From: an uncultured bacterium
GTDB lineage: Bacteria; Acidobacteriota; Thermoanaerobaculia; Multivoradales; JAHZIX01
Length of the DNA stretch: 64,000 nucleotides
Direction: 5' to 3'
NCBI GenBank assembly: GCA_965368975.1
Contig: CBDUPA010000014.1
Span: 130,195 to 194,194 of the forward strand
Below, piece after piece: positions 37,537 to 46,609 of this stretch. The notes below the pieces were generated by a model. That model was not told the DNA's origin. It saw only the letters and a list, made by a program, of their open reading frames with translations, and made no database searches. The position numbers were made by a program, and so were the translations under genes. Each line of letters begins with the position of its first letter. Position 1 is the first letter of the stretch.

Positions 37537-38196
37537 TTACGCTATGACTAGAATTCTATTGCTCTGAGACCACGAACCAAAGAAATGATAATGTAATAAT
37601 CTTAACCTTCTTATTTTCTTTCTGACTGGACGGAAAAAACCTATCGCGTCGACGGTCGATAATGTCTCCTTGAGACGTTGGCGTGCCTGAAACAGCTGAG
37701 AGCGGACGGTTTGCAGCGACACCGACATCTCGCCGGCGATCTCTTCGTACTTGAGGTCGCGCAGACGCAGAAGACAGCACTCCTGCATTCGCGGTGACAG
37801 CTGACGGACCGCGCCCTGGACGTGCTCGACGGTCTCTCTACGCAGCAAGCGCGTCTCGGGATCGGGCTCAGTCTGGACGTCGGCGGCGATGGGGAGATCG
37901 CCATCGGAGTCTTCGTTGCCCAGGTCGAGCGGCACTTCCTGTGCGCCACGTTTGAGGGTGTTGCGGTCGCGCAGATGGTTGAACCAACGGTTGCGGGCGA
38001 TGCGGTACAACCATGTTTCGAGGCTCGAGTCTTCACGAAAGGTCGAGGTCGTCTTGAGGATACGCAGGAAAATATCCTGCGTCAGATCTTCGCTTTCTTC
38101 CGGTGACGCACCCTTGCGTCGGAAGAAGCGGGTCAGGGGGCGGTGGAAGCGAAGAAAGAGGTCCTCGGGAAATAGCGATGCAGCCTGCTGGGACAT
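37537..38196 (-). CDS. ECF RNA polymerase sigma factor
   Basis: Region 2 'EDLTQDIFLRI...LETWLYRIARN' and region 4 'LKYEEIA..M.VS..TVRSQLFQAR'; GGAGGAG RBS before the ATG at 38196. The C-terminal tail runs into AT-rich DNA. Confidence 0.88.
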   Translation of the reverse strand: MSQQAASLFPEDLFLRFHRPLTRFFRRKGASPEESEDLTQDIFLRILKTTSTFREDSSLETWLYRIARNRWFNHLRDRNTLKRGAQEVPLDLGNEDSDGDLPIAADVQTEPDPETRLLRRETVEHVQGAVRQLSPRMQECCLLRLRDLKYEEIAGEMSVSLQTVRSQLFQARQRLKETLSTVDAIGFFRPVRKKIRRLRLLHYHFFGSWSQSNRILVIA

Positions 38197-38372
38197 GAAA
38201 GAAATCTCCTCCGGAATGTGAACAGCGGAACGCCTCGGCGATGAAATTGGACTCACGGTTGCAAGACAGACACGAAACGCAGCGGGATGTTCAGCGCTCC
38301 TTCACTGGCTTCGACAGCAGAACCTGACATAGTGTGAACTAAGCAGAATACACCTACTTCATTGACGGAACT

Positions 38373-41300
38373 ATGGCCTGGAATCGACTCGAACTCAAGC
38401 AGCAACTGGACAAGGCCTACGACGATCTGACCGCGCTCGAACAGAGCCTGGAAGTCACTGAGGACGCACTCGAAGGCGCTCGGCTCAGCAACCGGATCGA
38501 GCGACAGCGCCAGTGCATCCGGCAGCTCCACGACACGCTGGACACGCCGCCGGAGCCGTTGACGGCACTCGAGGTGGCACAGGAGGCTGAGGAGAGCCTG
38601 GAGCTGAGCGAGGGTTGGCAGGTCCTGCAACCCCCGACGCGGCTCGATGCCCGCCAAGGCGAGGACTCCTGTGGAGACGTCGAGTTCCTGGTGCAGGGAC
38701 GCAGTAGCGCTCGACGTGTCAGCCTGCTGTGCACGGCGCCCGGAACCCAGCCGCAGGACGACGTCCGGACAGACGCCCTGCAACGGCTGAAGACTGTGCG
38801 GCACGAGCACGCCGCGGACGAAGCCTGGTGGATCACGGACCGTCCAGTACCGGCGGCGGTGCGCCGGGCGATCGAGCACGAAGAAGGTCTACGCTGCCTG
38901 CGCCTGGAAGAGATCTTCTTGCACCTGGTGCCCCTGCACCGCTATTTCGAGTGGCTGGAACAACGCTATCGCGAGCTGCGCATCGAGGACTACTTCGTGC
39001 ACCAGGGCTGCACCCTGCGCGTGGGTACCGCCGGCGCCAGTTCGGCGCAAACGCAGCACGGCTCGGTGACGCGCTTCCTGGAGGCCTGGCTCGCCAGCCC
39101 GACGCGCAACCACCTCTCGGTGCTCGGCGACTTCGGCACCGGCAAGAGCTGGCTCTGCTGGTACCTCGCCTACCATCAGCTCCAGGCTTGGCGGGCGGCA
39201 CCGACACGCGAGCGCATTCCAATCCTGATCCACCTGCGCGACGCCCAACGCTCATCGTCGGTGGAGGACTTGTTCGAGCTCTTCTGCCGCACGCACGGCC
39301 TCGACGCACCGTTCCGCCTGTTCCAGGCGCGCAACCGCTGGGGCCGCTTCCTGGTCCTGCTCGATGGCTTCGACGAGATGCAGCAGCGAGTCGAGCCGGA
39401 GGTCTTCGAGCGCAACTTCGACCGCCTGGCGGTGCTGGCCGTGCCACGCAGCAAGGTGGTGCTGACCTGCCGCACGGGACACTTCCGCTCGGCCGGCCAC
39501 GAGCAGGAGGTGATGGCGCGCGAGATCGACCCCCACCTGCACCTGCGCAACCGGCCCCACTTCGAGATCCTCTACCTCAAGGAGTTCAACCCCGAGCAGG
39601 TAGCAGAGGCCCTGGAGCGTCGCTTGGGCAAGGATTGGGAGGTCGACTGGCAACGCATGAAAGACGTCTACAACCTGCCCGACCTGGTCAAGCGGCCGGT
39701 GATGCTGGAGATGGCGGCCGCGTCGCTGCCCGCCTTGCGCGACCGGGATCACGTCAGTGCCACCGATCTCTACGACCACTACACGCGGCGCTGGATCGAA
39801 CAGGTGGGTGCAGGCCGCAGCCTGCTGACGCCGGAGGACCGCGCCGCGTTCTCGCGGGCCCTGGCCTGGAAGCTGTTCCAGCAAGGTGACCAGGCGGAGC
39901 CGAAGATCCACTGGAATCACCTTCTCGGAGCGGTCCACCGTCTGGGCGGCAACCTCGCGCGGCAGGACTCGGACCCGGTCGCCCGCGACGTGCAGACACA
40001 GTCGTACCTGGTACGCGACGCCCACGGCAACTACTCCTTCGCCCACCGCTCGATCGGCGAGTACTTCGTCGCCCGCGAGCTCCAACGCTACCTGCAGCAG
40101 GGCGACCACCAGCCGTTCGTCGACCAGGACTTCCCCGACGCCGTCGACTTCTTCCTCGGCGATCTGGAGCTCGACGTGGACCGCTTGTGGAGCTGGTTGC
40201 AGTTACCGCAGGCGCGCGATACGGAGAGCTTCCTGGCGGGCAACGTCCTGACTCTGCTGGCGTTGCACGACCCGAGGAGGCTGCGCGGCAAGGACTTCTC
40301 CGGGCTGGTGGTGCGACGCGCCAAGCTCGATCAGGCCGACCTCCAGGACTGCCGCTTCATCGGTGCAGCACTGCGGTCGCTGGATATCAGCAACGCCGAC
40401 CTGCGCCGCGCCGACTTCACCGATGCCCACTTCTCGAACCTGATGCTCGGCGTGCGCTCGGCGGCCAAAGGGGTCGCCGCTAGCGCCGACGGCCGCTGGA
40501 TCGCCAGCGGCACCGGGGAGAATCAGATCCGCGTCTTCGACGCCACCAGCCTGCAGAGGGTGCACGACCTGGGCAGCGCCGATGACTTCCAGGACTCGAT
40601 CACCTGCGTCGCACTGAGCCGCGACGGGCGCTGGGTCGCCAGCGGCGGTTTCGACCCGACCGTGCGCGTCTGGGACCTCGACGCACCGGAGATCCCCGCC
40701 CGCAACTTCAACGGCCATACCTCGACGGTCTACGACGTGGCGCTGGATCCCGCCGGCCGCTACGTGGCCAGCTGCGGCCACGACCGCCGGGTCCTGCTGT
40801 GGGACCTGGAGACGCGCGAAGAACTCGGCCACCTGACCGGCCACGAAGCCACGGTCTACTCGGTCGAGTTCCATCCACGCGGCGACCGGCTGGCGACTGC
40901 CAGCTTCGACAAGACGCTGATCGTGTGGCAGCTGGAGACGATCGTCGACCCGGAAACCGGGCGTCGGTCGCTGATCGTCCACGACCGCGGCTACCAACAA
41001 CTGCAGGGCCACGACGGCCTGGTCAACAGTGTGCGCTTCAGCCCCGACGGCCGCTTCCTGGCCAGCGCCAGCAACGACACCACCTTGCGCCTTTGGGACC
41101 TGGAGCAACTCGACCTGGGCAAGGCGCTCGCGGTCTTCGAGGGGCACACCGACATCGCCTGGTGCGCCGCCTTCAGCCCGGACGGCAACTACCTGGCCAG
41201 CTGCGGCACCGATCGCACCGTGCGCGTCTGGGACGTGCGACAACGGCGGCAGCTGGTGTGCCTGGAAGGACACCAGAATACGATCTGGGAGGTCACCTTC

Positions 41301-41537
41301 GACGCTACCGGCGAACGGGTGATCAGCGGCAGCCACGACAGCACAGTCCGGGTCTGGAACTGGCGGGACGCGTGCTGCATCCAAGTTCTGAAGCTGCCAG
41401 AAGACGCCAACCAGAAGATCCGCTGTGACGGTATGATCCTGCCACCCCAGGAGGGCTCCGGTCTGAGCCTGCTGCAATACCGCTTCCTGCTGCGCAAAGG
41501 CGCCGTGAACCCGAGAGGAAACGATGACGCCAACTGA
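38373..41537 (+). CDS. NLR-like STAND protein: EAD-like helical hairpin, degenerate REase-like domain, NACHT, pentapeptide repeats, 7x WD40
   Basis: Walker A GDFGTGKS; Walker B LVLLDGFDE; LTCR; YSFAHRSIGEYFVA; ADLQD/ADLRR/ADFTD pentapeptides; seven WD40 repeats. Confidence 0.9.
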   Translation: MAWNRLELKQQLDKAYDDLTALEQSLEVTEDALEGARLSNRIERQRQCIRQLHDTLDTPPEPLTALEVAQEAEESLELSEGWQVLQPPTRLDARQGEDSCGDVEFLVQGRSSARRVSLLCTAPGTQPQDDVRTDALQRLKTVRHEHAADEAWWITDRPVPAAVRRAIEHEEGLRCLRLEEIFLHLVPLHRYFEWLEQRYRELRIEDYFVHQGCTLRVGTAGASSAQTQHGSVTRFLEAWLASPTRNHLSVLGDFGTGKSWLCWYLAYHQLQAWRAAPTRERIPILIHLRDAQRSSSVEDLFELFCRTHGLDAPFRLFQARNRWGRFLVLLDGFDEMQQRVEPEVFERNFDRLAVLAVPRSKVVLTCRTGHFRSAGHEQEVMAREIDPHLHLRNRPHFEILYLKEFNPEQVAEALERRLGKDWEVDWQRMKDVYNLPDLVKRPVMLEMAAASLPALRDRDHVSATDLYDHYTRRWIEQVGAGRSLLTPEDRAAFSRALAWKLFQQGDQAEPKIHWNHLLGAVHRLGGNLARQDSDPVARDVQTQSYLVRDAHGNYSFAHRSIGEYFVARELQRYLQQGDHQPFVDQDFPDAVDFFLGDLELDVDRLWSWLQLPQARDTESFLAGNVLTLLALHDPRRLRGKDFSGLVVRRAKLDQADLQDCRFIGAALRSLDISNADLRRADFTDAHFSNLMLGVRSAAKGVAASADGRWIASGTGENQIRVFDATSLQRVHDLGSADDFQDSITCVALSRDGRWVASGGFDPTVRVWDLDAPEIPARNFNGHTSTVYDVALDPAGRYVASCGHDRRVLLWDLETREELGHLTGHEATVYSVEFHPRGDRLATASFDKTLIVWQLETIVDPETGRRSLIVHDRGYQQLQGHDGLVNSVRFSPDGRFLASASNDTTLRLWDLEQLDLGKALAVFEGHTDIAWCAAFSPDGNYLASCGTDRTVRVWDVRQRRQLVCLEGHQNTIWEVTFDATGERVISGSHDSTVRVWNWRDACCIQVLKLPEDANQKIRCDGMILPPQEGSGLSLLQYRFLLRKGAVNPRGNDDAN

Positions 41538-42456
41538 CACCGGCTCAGCGCCGGATGCCACGCCACACCCGGACGCCTCCCTTCCGGAGAAGGACGATCG
41601 TGGCACCGACTTCCCCCGGGTCGCCGTGCTCGGCCTCGGCCTGATGGGAGGATCGTTCGTCGGCGCGCTCGAACGTCGCTTCCCCGAGACCCAGAGCGTC
41701 GGCTTCGACACCGCCCCCGAGACAGCAGCTCAGGCACTCGACCTGGGTCTGGTCGACCGCCTGGCTTCGAGCGCGGAAGAGGCCGTCGCCGAAGCCGACC
41801 TGGTCGTGCTGGCGATGCATGTCCGCGGGATCCTCGAAACCATCCCGCGCGTCGCCACGATGATGAAAGACGACGCCGTGCTGCTCGATCTGGGCAGCAC
41901 CAAGACCGCGATCGTGCGTGCTCTCGATGCGCTGCCCGAGCGGCTGCAAGCGATCGGCGGCCACCCGATGTGTGGCAAGCGGACCTCGGGCGTCGACGGC
42001 GCCAGTCCCGACATGTATCGCGGCCGCGTCTTCGTGCTGACGCCATCGCAGCGGACGCGTCCAGAGACCTTGGAGCGCTTGCTCACCTTGCTGCGTGCGC
42101 TGGAGATGCGGCCGGTCGTGCTCGAGCCCGAGCACCACGATCAAGTGGTCGCCTACATCAGCCACCTACCTCACTTCCTGCCAATTCCCCTTCTCGAAGC
42201 GACGGCGGCCGCGGGCGATGCCAAGACCTGGGAACTCGCCGCGGGCGGCTTCCGTGCCGCTGCCGGTGGTCTAGACAGCAATCCCGCCATGTGGGAAGAC
42301 ATCTTGCTCACCAACCGCGCCGCCCTGGCGCAGGCGCTGCGGGCACTGCGAGCCCAGGCAGACCGCGGCGTCGAGCTACTGGAAGCCGGCAGCGACGACG
42401 ACTTGCTGCGCTGGTTTCGCGACGCACAGGAACTCTACCAACAGCGTCTGGGGTGA
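41524..42456 (+). CDS. tyrA: Prephenate/arogenate dehydrogenase (TyrA family), no ACT domain
   Basis: Rossmann GLGLMGGS, DLGSTK, GGHPMCG and HD..VAYISHLPH; overlaps the NACHT gene by 14 nt. Confidence 0.88.
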   Translation: MTPTDTGSAPDATPHPDASLPEKDDRGTDFPRVAVLGLGLMGGSFVGALERRFPETQSVGFDTAPETAAQALDLGLVDRLASSAEEAVAEADLVVLAMHVRGILETIPRVATMMKDDAVLLDLGSTKTAIVRALDALPERLQAIGGHPMCGKRTSGVDGASPDMYRGRVFVLTPSQRTRPETLERLLTLLRALEMRPVVLEPEHHDQVVAYISHLPHFLPIPLLEATAAAGDAKTWELAAGGFRAAAGGLDSNPAMWEDILLTNRAALAQALRALRAQADRGVELLEAGSDDDLLRWFRDAQELYQQRLG

Positions 42457-42499
42457 ACGCTCGGATTTCTGCTCCAGCTCCCTCCCCTACACCCACACC

Positions 42500-43222
42500 A
42501 TGCGCCAGCAACAGCTCGAAAGCCAGATCCGCAGCCTCTCCAAGCTGATCGACCGCCTGGAACGGCAACGAATCGTCACGGGCGAGCCGCTCGAGGCCGT
42601 CAGGCTGGACGACTTGATCACCGACAAGAAAGACTTGAAGCAACAGCGCGTCCACGAGTACCGAGCGCTACACCCGCGGCGAATACCGGATGACTTGCTC
42701 GACGACCTACTGCCTGCCGATGCACCGCCCCCGGAGATCTTCCTGAGCTACCGGCGGACCGACAGCCGCGACGCCACCGAGCAGCTCGCCACCCTGCTGG
42801 CGCGTCAGTTCGGAGCGGATCACGTCTTCTACGATCTGCATCGCGGCGCCATCGCACCCGGTGCCGAGTGGCAGCAGGTGCTCGACCAACGTTTGCGCCA
42901 GGCCAACATCCTGCTGGTCATCATCGGCCCCGGCTGGCTGGACGCTCGTGACGAGGGCGGACGGCGGCTCGACCAACCCGACGATCCGGTACGACACGAG
43001 ATCGAACTCGCCCTGACCCTCGGCACACAGAAGCTGCCGGTGCTGGTCGCGGGTACGGCCAGCCCAAAGCGCCAGCAGGTGCCGCCGTCGATCCAAGCCT
43101 TGTTCGACATCCAGGCCGTGCGCCTGGACGACGCAACCTTCGAGGTCGACGTCCACCAAGAGTTGCTGCCCTGGGTGCAGCGGGCGCGCCTGCAGGGCTG
43201 TCGCCCCCCCAAGGCAACCTAG
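42500..43222 (+). CDS. TIR-domain (TIR_2) protein with N-terminal EAD-like helical hairpin
   Basis: IFLSYRRTDS, FGADHVFYD, I.PG..W, LLVIIGPGW and DPVRHEIELAL (catalytic Glu position intact). Confidence 0.88.
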   Translation: MRQQQLESQIRSLSKLIDRLERQRIVTGEPLEAVRLDDLITDKKDLKQQRVHEYRALHPRRIPDDLLDDLLPADAPPPEIFLSYRRTDSRDATEQLATLLARQFGADHVFYDLHRGAIAPGAEWQQVLDQRLRQANILLVIIGPGWLDARDEGGRRLDQPDDPVRHEIELALTLGTQKLPVLVAGTASPKRQQVPPSIQALFDIQAVRLDDATFEVDVHQELLPWVQRARLQGCRPPKAT

Positions 43223-44193
43223 GGAATACCGTAGCGCTTGCGCTTCTGCCACAGTGCCTTGCGCGAGATGCCCAGCAGCTCGGCGGCTTCTCCCTGGTGA
43301 CCGCGAGTGTACGCTAGCGCCTCCCGAATGGCCTGGCGTTCGAGGTCGAGCAGCGACTGTGGCACCTCTTCGCCACCCTCGGGCGGTGGCGGGTCGAGCT
43401 GGGCCCCGCGGGTCAGTACCAACTCGCGTTCGAGCACGTTGCGCAATTGACGCAAGTTGCCTGGCCAGGAGTGACGCAGCATCCACTGGCGGGCACGGTC
43501 GCTCAGCGTCAGGCCAGGGCGCTCGAAGCGCTCACCGAGGTCGTCGAGCAGGGTCTCGAGCAGCGCCGGCAGGTCGGCACGGCGTTGGCGCAAGGACGGG
43601 ATGCGAAAGGCGAGGACGTCCAGGCGATAGTAGAGGTCTTGCCGGAAGGCCCCTTGCTCCACCCGCCACGGCAGGTCGTGGACGCCGATGGCGACGAAGC
43701 GCACGTCGGCGCGGCGTTCGCGTCCACCCAACGGGGCGAAGCGCAGATCGGACAGCAAGCGCAGCAGCTTGGGCTGCACGGACAGCGGCAGTTCCTCGAC
43801 GTGATCGAGCACCAATGTGCCGCCGGCCGCGCGCTCGACGCGTCCGGCACGCGCCTGGGTGGCACCGGTGAAAGCACCTGGACGGTGGCCGAAGAGGTCG
43901 CTCTCCAGCAGATCGAGCGGTACCGCTCCGGGGTCGACGTCGATCCGCGGGCCGCTGCGTCGAGGACTCGCCTCGTGGATGGCTCGCGCCAGTGTCGAGC
44001 GTCCGCTCCCCGCCTCGCCGAGCAACAAGATCGGCGACTCGGCGGCGGCGGCGCGGCGGATGCCGCTGAGTGCCCGGGCCAGGTCTGGTGCCCGGGTCAA
44101 CTGAGCCTCCAGGGACCAGGGCGAGTCGTTCAGGGCGGCGTACCGCTCAGGCTGTCGCGGGCGCCAGCTTGGCGGTGACGTCCGGGGCGTCAC
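43219..44193 (-). CDS. Sigma54-interaction (bEBP) AAA+ / Fis-HTH regulator without a sensory domain
   Basis: GEAGSGRS, GAFTGA, FRQDLYYRL, WPGNLRQL and C-terminal 'AAELLGISRKALW'; start uncertain (overlaps rsfS). Confidence 0.82.
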   Translation of the reverse strand: MTPRTSPPSWRPRQPERYAALNDSPWSLEAQLTRAPDLARALSGIRRAAAAESPILLLGEAGSGRSTLARAIHEASPRRSGPRIDVDPGAVPLDLLESDLFGHRPGAFTGATQARAGRVERAAGGTLVLDHVEELPLSVQPKLLRLLSDLRFAPLGGRERRADVRFVAIGVHDLPWRVEQGAFRQDLYYRLDVLAFRIPSLRQRRADLPALLETLLDDLGERFERPGLTLSDRARQWMLRHSWPGNLRQLRNVLERELVLTRGAQLDPPPPEGGEEVPQSLLDLERQAIREALAYTRGHQGEAAELLGISRKALWQKRKRYGIP

Positions 44194-44617
44194 CCCACAA
44201 GCGCTCGAGCGCGTAGAGGTTCCGCTTGTCCGGCTCGAAGATGTGCACCAGGAAGTCGCCGAAGTCGAGTAGCACCCAGTGGGCGCGGTTGTACCCTTCG
44301 ACGCTCAAAGGCCTCACCTTGAGCGGCTTCAGCGCTTTCAGCACGGCGTCGGCGATCGCTTGCGCCTGCCGCTCGTTGCTGGCACTGCACACCAGGAAGT
44401 AATCGGTGAAATCGCACACGGCGGTCAGGTCGAGGACCTTCAGGTCGATCGCCTTGCGGCCCTGCATGGCCTGTGCCGCCAAGCCCGCCAGGTGCGCGAC
44501 ATCCGCGGCACTCAGACCCGCGGAGCGCGTCTTACCCGCGGAGGCGGTGGCACCTGGACTGGCTTCAGGTTGGCTGGGTGTGGAATCCGAGAGGGATGCG
44601 CTGGAAGTTGCACTCAT
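44147..44617 (-). CDS. rsfS: Ribosome silencing factor RsfS (Iojap)
   Basis: KA.D..VLDL, DYFLVCS..NERQ, WVLLDFGD..VHIF, LERLWGDA; follows nadD. Confidence 0.93.
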   Translation of the reverse strand: MSATSSASLSDSTPSQPEASPGATASAGKTRSAGLSAADVAHLAGLAAQAMQGRKAIDLKVLDLTAVCDFTDYFLVCSASNERQAQAIADAVLKALKPLKVRPLSVEGYNRAHWVLLDFGDFLVHIFEPDKRNLYALERLWGDAPDVTAKLAPATA

Positions 44618-44651
44618 TGATTTTTATGAATAGCAGACCCTGAAGGGAAAA

Positions 44652-45407
44652 TCAATCATTGTGTTCGGGACTGGCTGGCGACTCGCCACTGGCCGGTCCA
44701 TAAAGCGGGTACTTGTTCAGATAGTGAGCGACGCGCGGCGGCAACCATCCTTCGGTCACCAGTGCGTCCAGGACGGCGCGCCGTTCCGTGCCCGCCGGCG
44801 CCAGGCGCTGACGGATGCGCGTCGACGACACCTCGACGCCGGGGTTCTCGATCAGCGTCACGCGCTCGCTGTCGATCCAGGCGCGCAGAGCCGGCGACAC
44901 TTCCCCCAGCTCCACGCCAGAAGCACTTTCGTTGCGATCACTTCCCGAATCCTCCGAACAGGTGCCAGTCGATGGCTGCAAGCTCCAACCCGGCCGCACC
45001 ATCGCCGCCACCCGCACCCTCGCGGCCAGCTCCTGCCAGCGATGCCAGGTGTCGAAGCTGAGCAACGAGTCGGCACCGAGGATCCAGGTGAACTCGACGT
45101 GCGGCCAGCGCTGTTGCAGGCGCTCGGCGGTGTGGATGCTGTAGTGCGGAGCCTGCGCCGGGTCCATGTCCAAGTCACTGACGACCAGGGCGTCTTCGTC
45201 GAATAAGGCCAGCTCGACCATGGCATAGCGCTGGGCTGCCGGTGCCAGCTCGTCGCCGTCCTTGTGCGGCGGGGACGCGGTGGGTAGGTAGAGCACGCGC
45301 TCCAGCCCGAGGCGCCGTTGCACGTGCTGGACCGGTTCGACGTGGCCCATGTGGACGGGATTGAACGAACCGCCGAACAGGCCCCAGTGCGCCTTCGGCT
45401 GAGTCAT
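44652..45407 (-). CDS. nadD: Nicotinate-nucleotide adenylyltransferase
   Basis: FGGSFNPVHMGH, PPHK, ILGADS and VSSTRIR. Confidence 0.93.
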   Translation of the reverse strand: MTQPKAHWGLFGGSFNPVHMGHVEPVQHVQRRLGLERVLYLPTASPPHKDGDELAPAAQRYAMVELALFDEDALVVSDLDMDPAQAPHYSIHTAERLQQRWPHVEFTWILGADSLLSFDTWHRWQELAARVRVAAMVRPGWSLQPSTGTCSEDSGSDRNESASGVELGEVSPALRAWIDSERVTLIENPGVEVSSTRIRQRLAPAGTERRAVLDALVTEGWLPPRVAHYLNKYPLYGPASGESPASPEHND

Positions 45408-46576
45408 ACGTCGTCAGTGCCCGCAACGGCAGTCTTGTCGCTGCTCTCGACAGGAAGCTCACGCTCAGCCTCGACCTGGGCGCGCTCGGCTTGCTCCATC
45501 AGCCGGCGCAGCTCGGCGACCAGGCGGTCGAGCCCCTTGTGCGACGCGGAGCTGATCTCCAGATGCGGCAGTCCGCGCTCCGCGGCTAGCTCCTGCAGGC
45601 GCTGCTGCCGCTGTGGATCGGCGGCGTCCAGCTTGCTGCCAACCAGCAGCCGCGGTCGCTGCAGGAGCTCGGGATTGAACGCTTCCAGCTCCCCCTCGAT
45701 CGTCGCGATGTCGGCGACCAGGTCGCCGGACGCTGGATCCTCTGGCGCTGGATCTCGAGTTGCCGGGTCGCCTTCCGCTGGATCAGTCTGCGTAGGCACG
45801 TCCAATGCGTACTCCAGCGGTGGCGACAGGTCGACCAGGTGCAGTAGCACGCGACAACGTTCGGTGTGACGCAGGAAGCGGTGTCCCAACCCTGCACCGT
45901 CAGCAGCACCGGCGATCAGGCCCGGAAGGTCGGCAATGACGAACGGCTCGCCCCAGCCGTGGCGATCGGCGACCACGCCGAGCTGCGGCACCAGGGTGGT
46001 GAAGGGATAGTCCGCGATCTTCGGCTGGGCGGCGGACAGCGTCGAAATCAGGGTCGACTTGCCGGCGTTGGGCAGGCCGACGACGCCGACGTCGGCGAGC
46101 AGTTTGAGCTCCAGTCGCACGCGTCGCTCTTCGCCCTCACGTCCCGGTTCGCTGCGCCGCGGGGCACGATTGGTGGCAGTGGCGAAGCGGGCATTGCCAC
46201 GACCGCCGTGACCGCCGCGCGCCACGCACAGGCGGGCACCGTCCTCCACCACCTCTCCCAGTAGTTCGCCGGTCTCGGCGTCGTACGCCTGGGTGCCGAG
46301 CGGCACTGCGATCTCCAGATCCTTGCCGCTGCGCCCAGTGCGGTTCGAGCCCTCGCCATGACGCCCGCGCTCGGCGCGGTGCGGTGCCGGAAAGCGCAGG
46401 TGGTAGAGAGTGTTGCGCTGCCCGTCACCGAGCAGGTACACCGAACCACCGTGGCCCCCGTCACCGCCGCTCGGTCCACCGCGGGGCACGAACTTCTCGC
46501 GCCGGAAGGCCATGCAGCCATTGCCGCCATTGCCACCCTGCACGGGAATGACGGCTTCGTCGATGAAGTTACTCAA
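45404..46576 (-). CDS. obgE: GTPase Obg/CgtA
   Basis: FRREKFVPRGGPSGGDGG, GLPNAGKS, ADYPFTTL and DLPGL. Confidence 0.96.
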   Translation of the reverse strand: MSNFIDEAVIPVQGGNGGNGCMAFRREKFVPRGGPSGGDGGHGGSVYLLGDGQRNTLYHLRFPAPHRAERGRHGEGSNRTGRSGKDLEIAVPLGTQAYDAETGELLGEVVEDGARLCVARGGHGGRGNARFATATNRAPRRSEPGREGEERRVRLELKLLADVGVVGLPNAGKSTLISTLSAAQPKIADYPFTTLVPQLGVVADRHGWGEPFVIADLPGLIAGAADGAGLGHRFLRHTERCRVLLHLVDLSPPLEYALDVPTQTDPAEGDPATRDPAPEDPASGDLVADIATIEGELEAFNPELLQRPRLLVGSKLDAADPQRQQRLQELAAERGLPHLEISSASHKGLDRLVAELRRLMEQAERAQVEAERELPVESSDKTAVAGTDDV

Positions 46577-46609
46577 GGCGGGCCCCGTGCTTACCCGCGG
46601 GGATAGGCT

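Noticed and set aside
40450-41370. WD40 repeats as a highly conserved, rapidly shuffling array
   Set aside because: The seven repeats are clearly divergent from one another.
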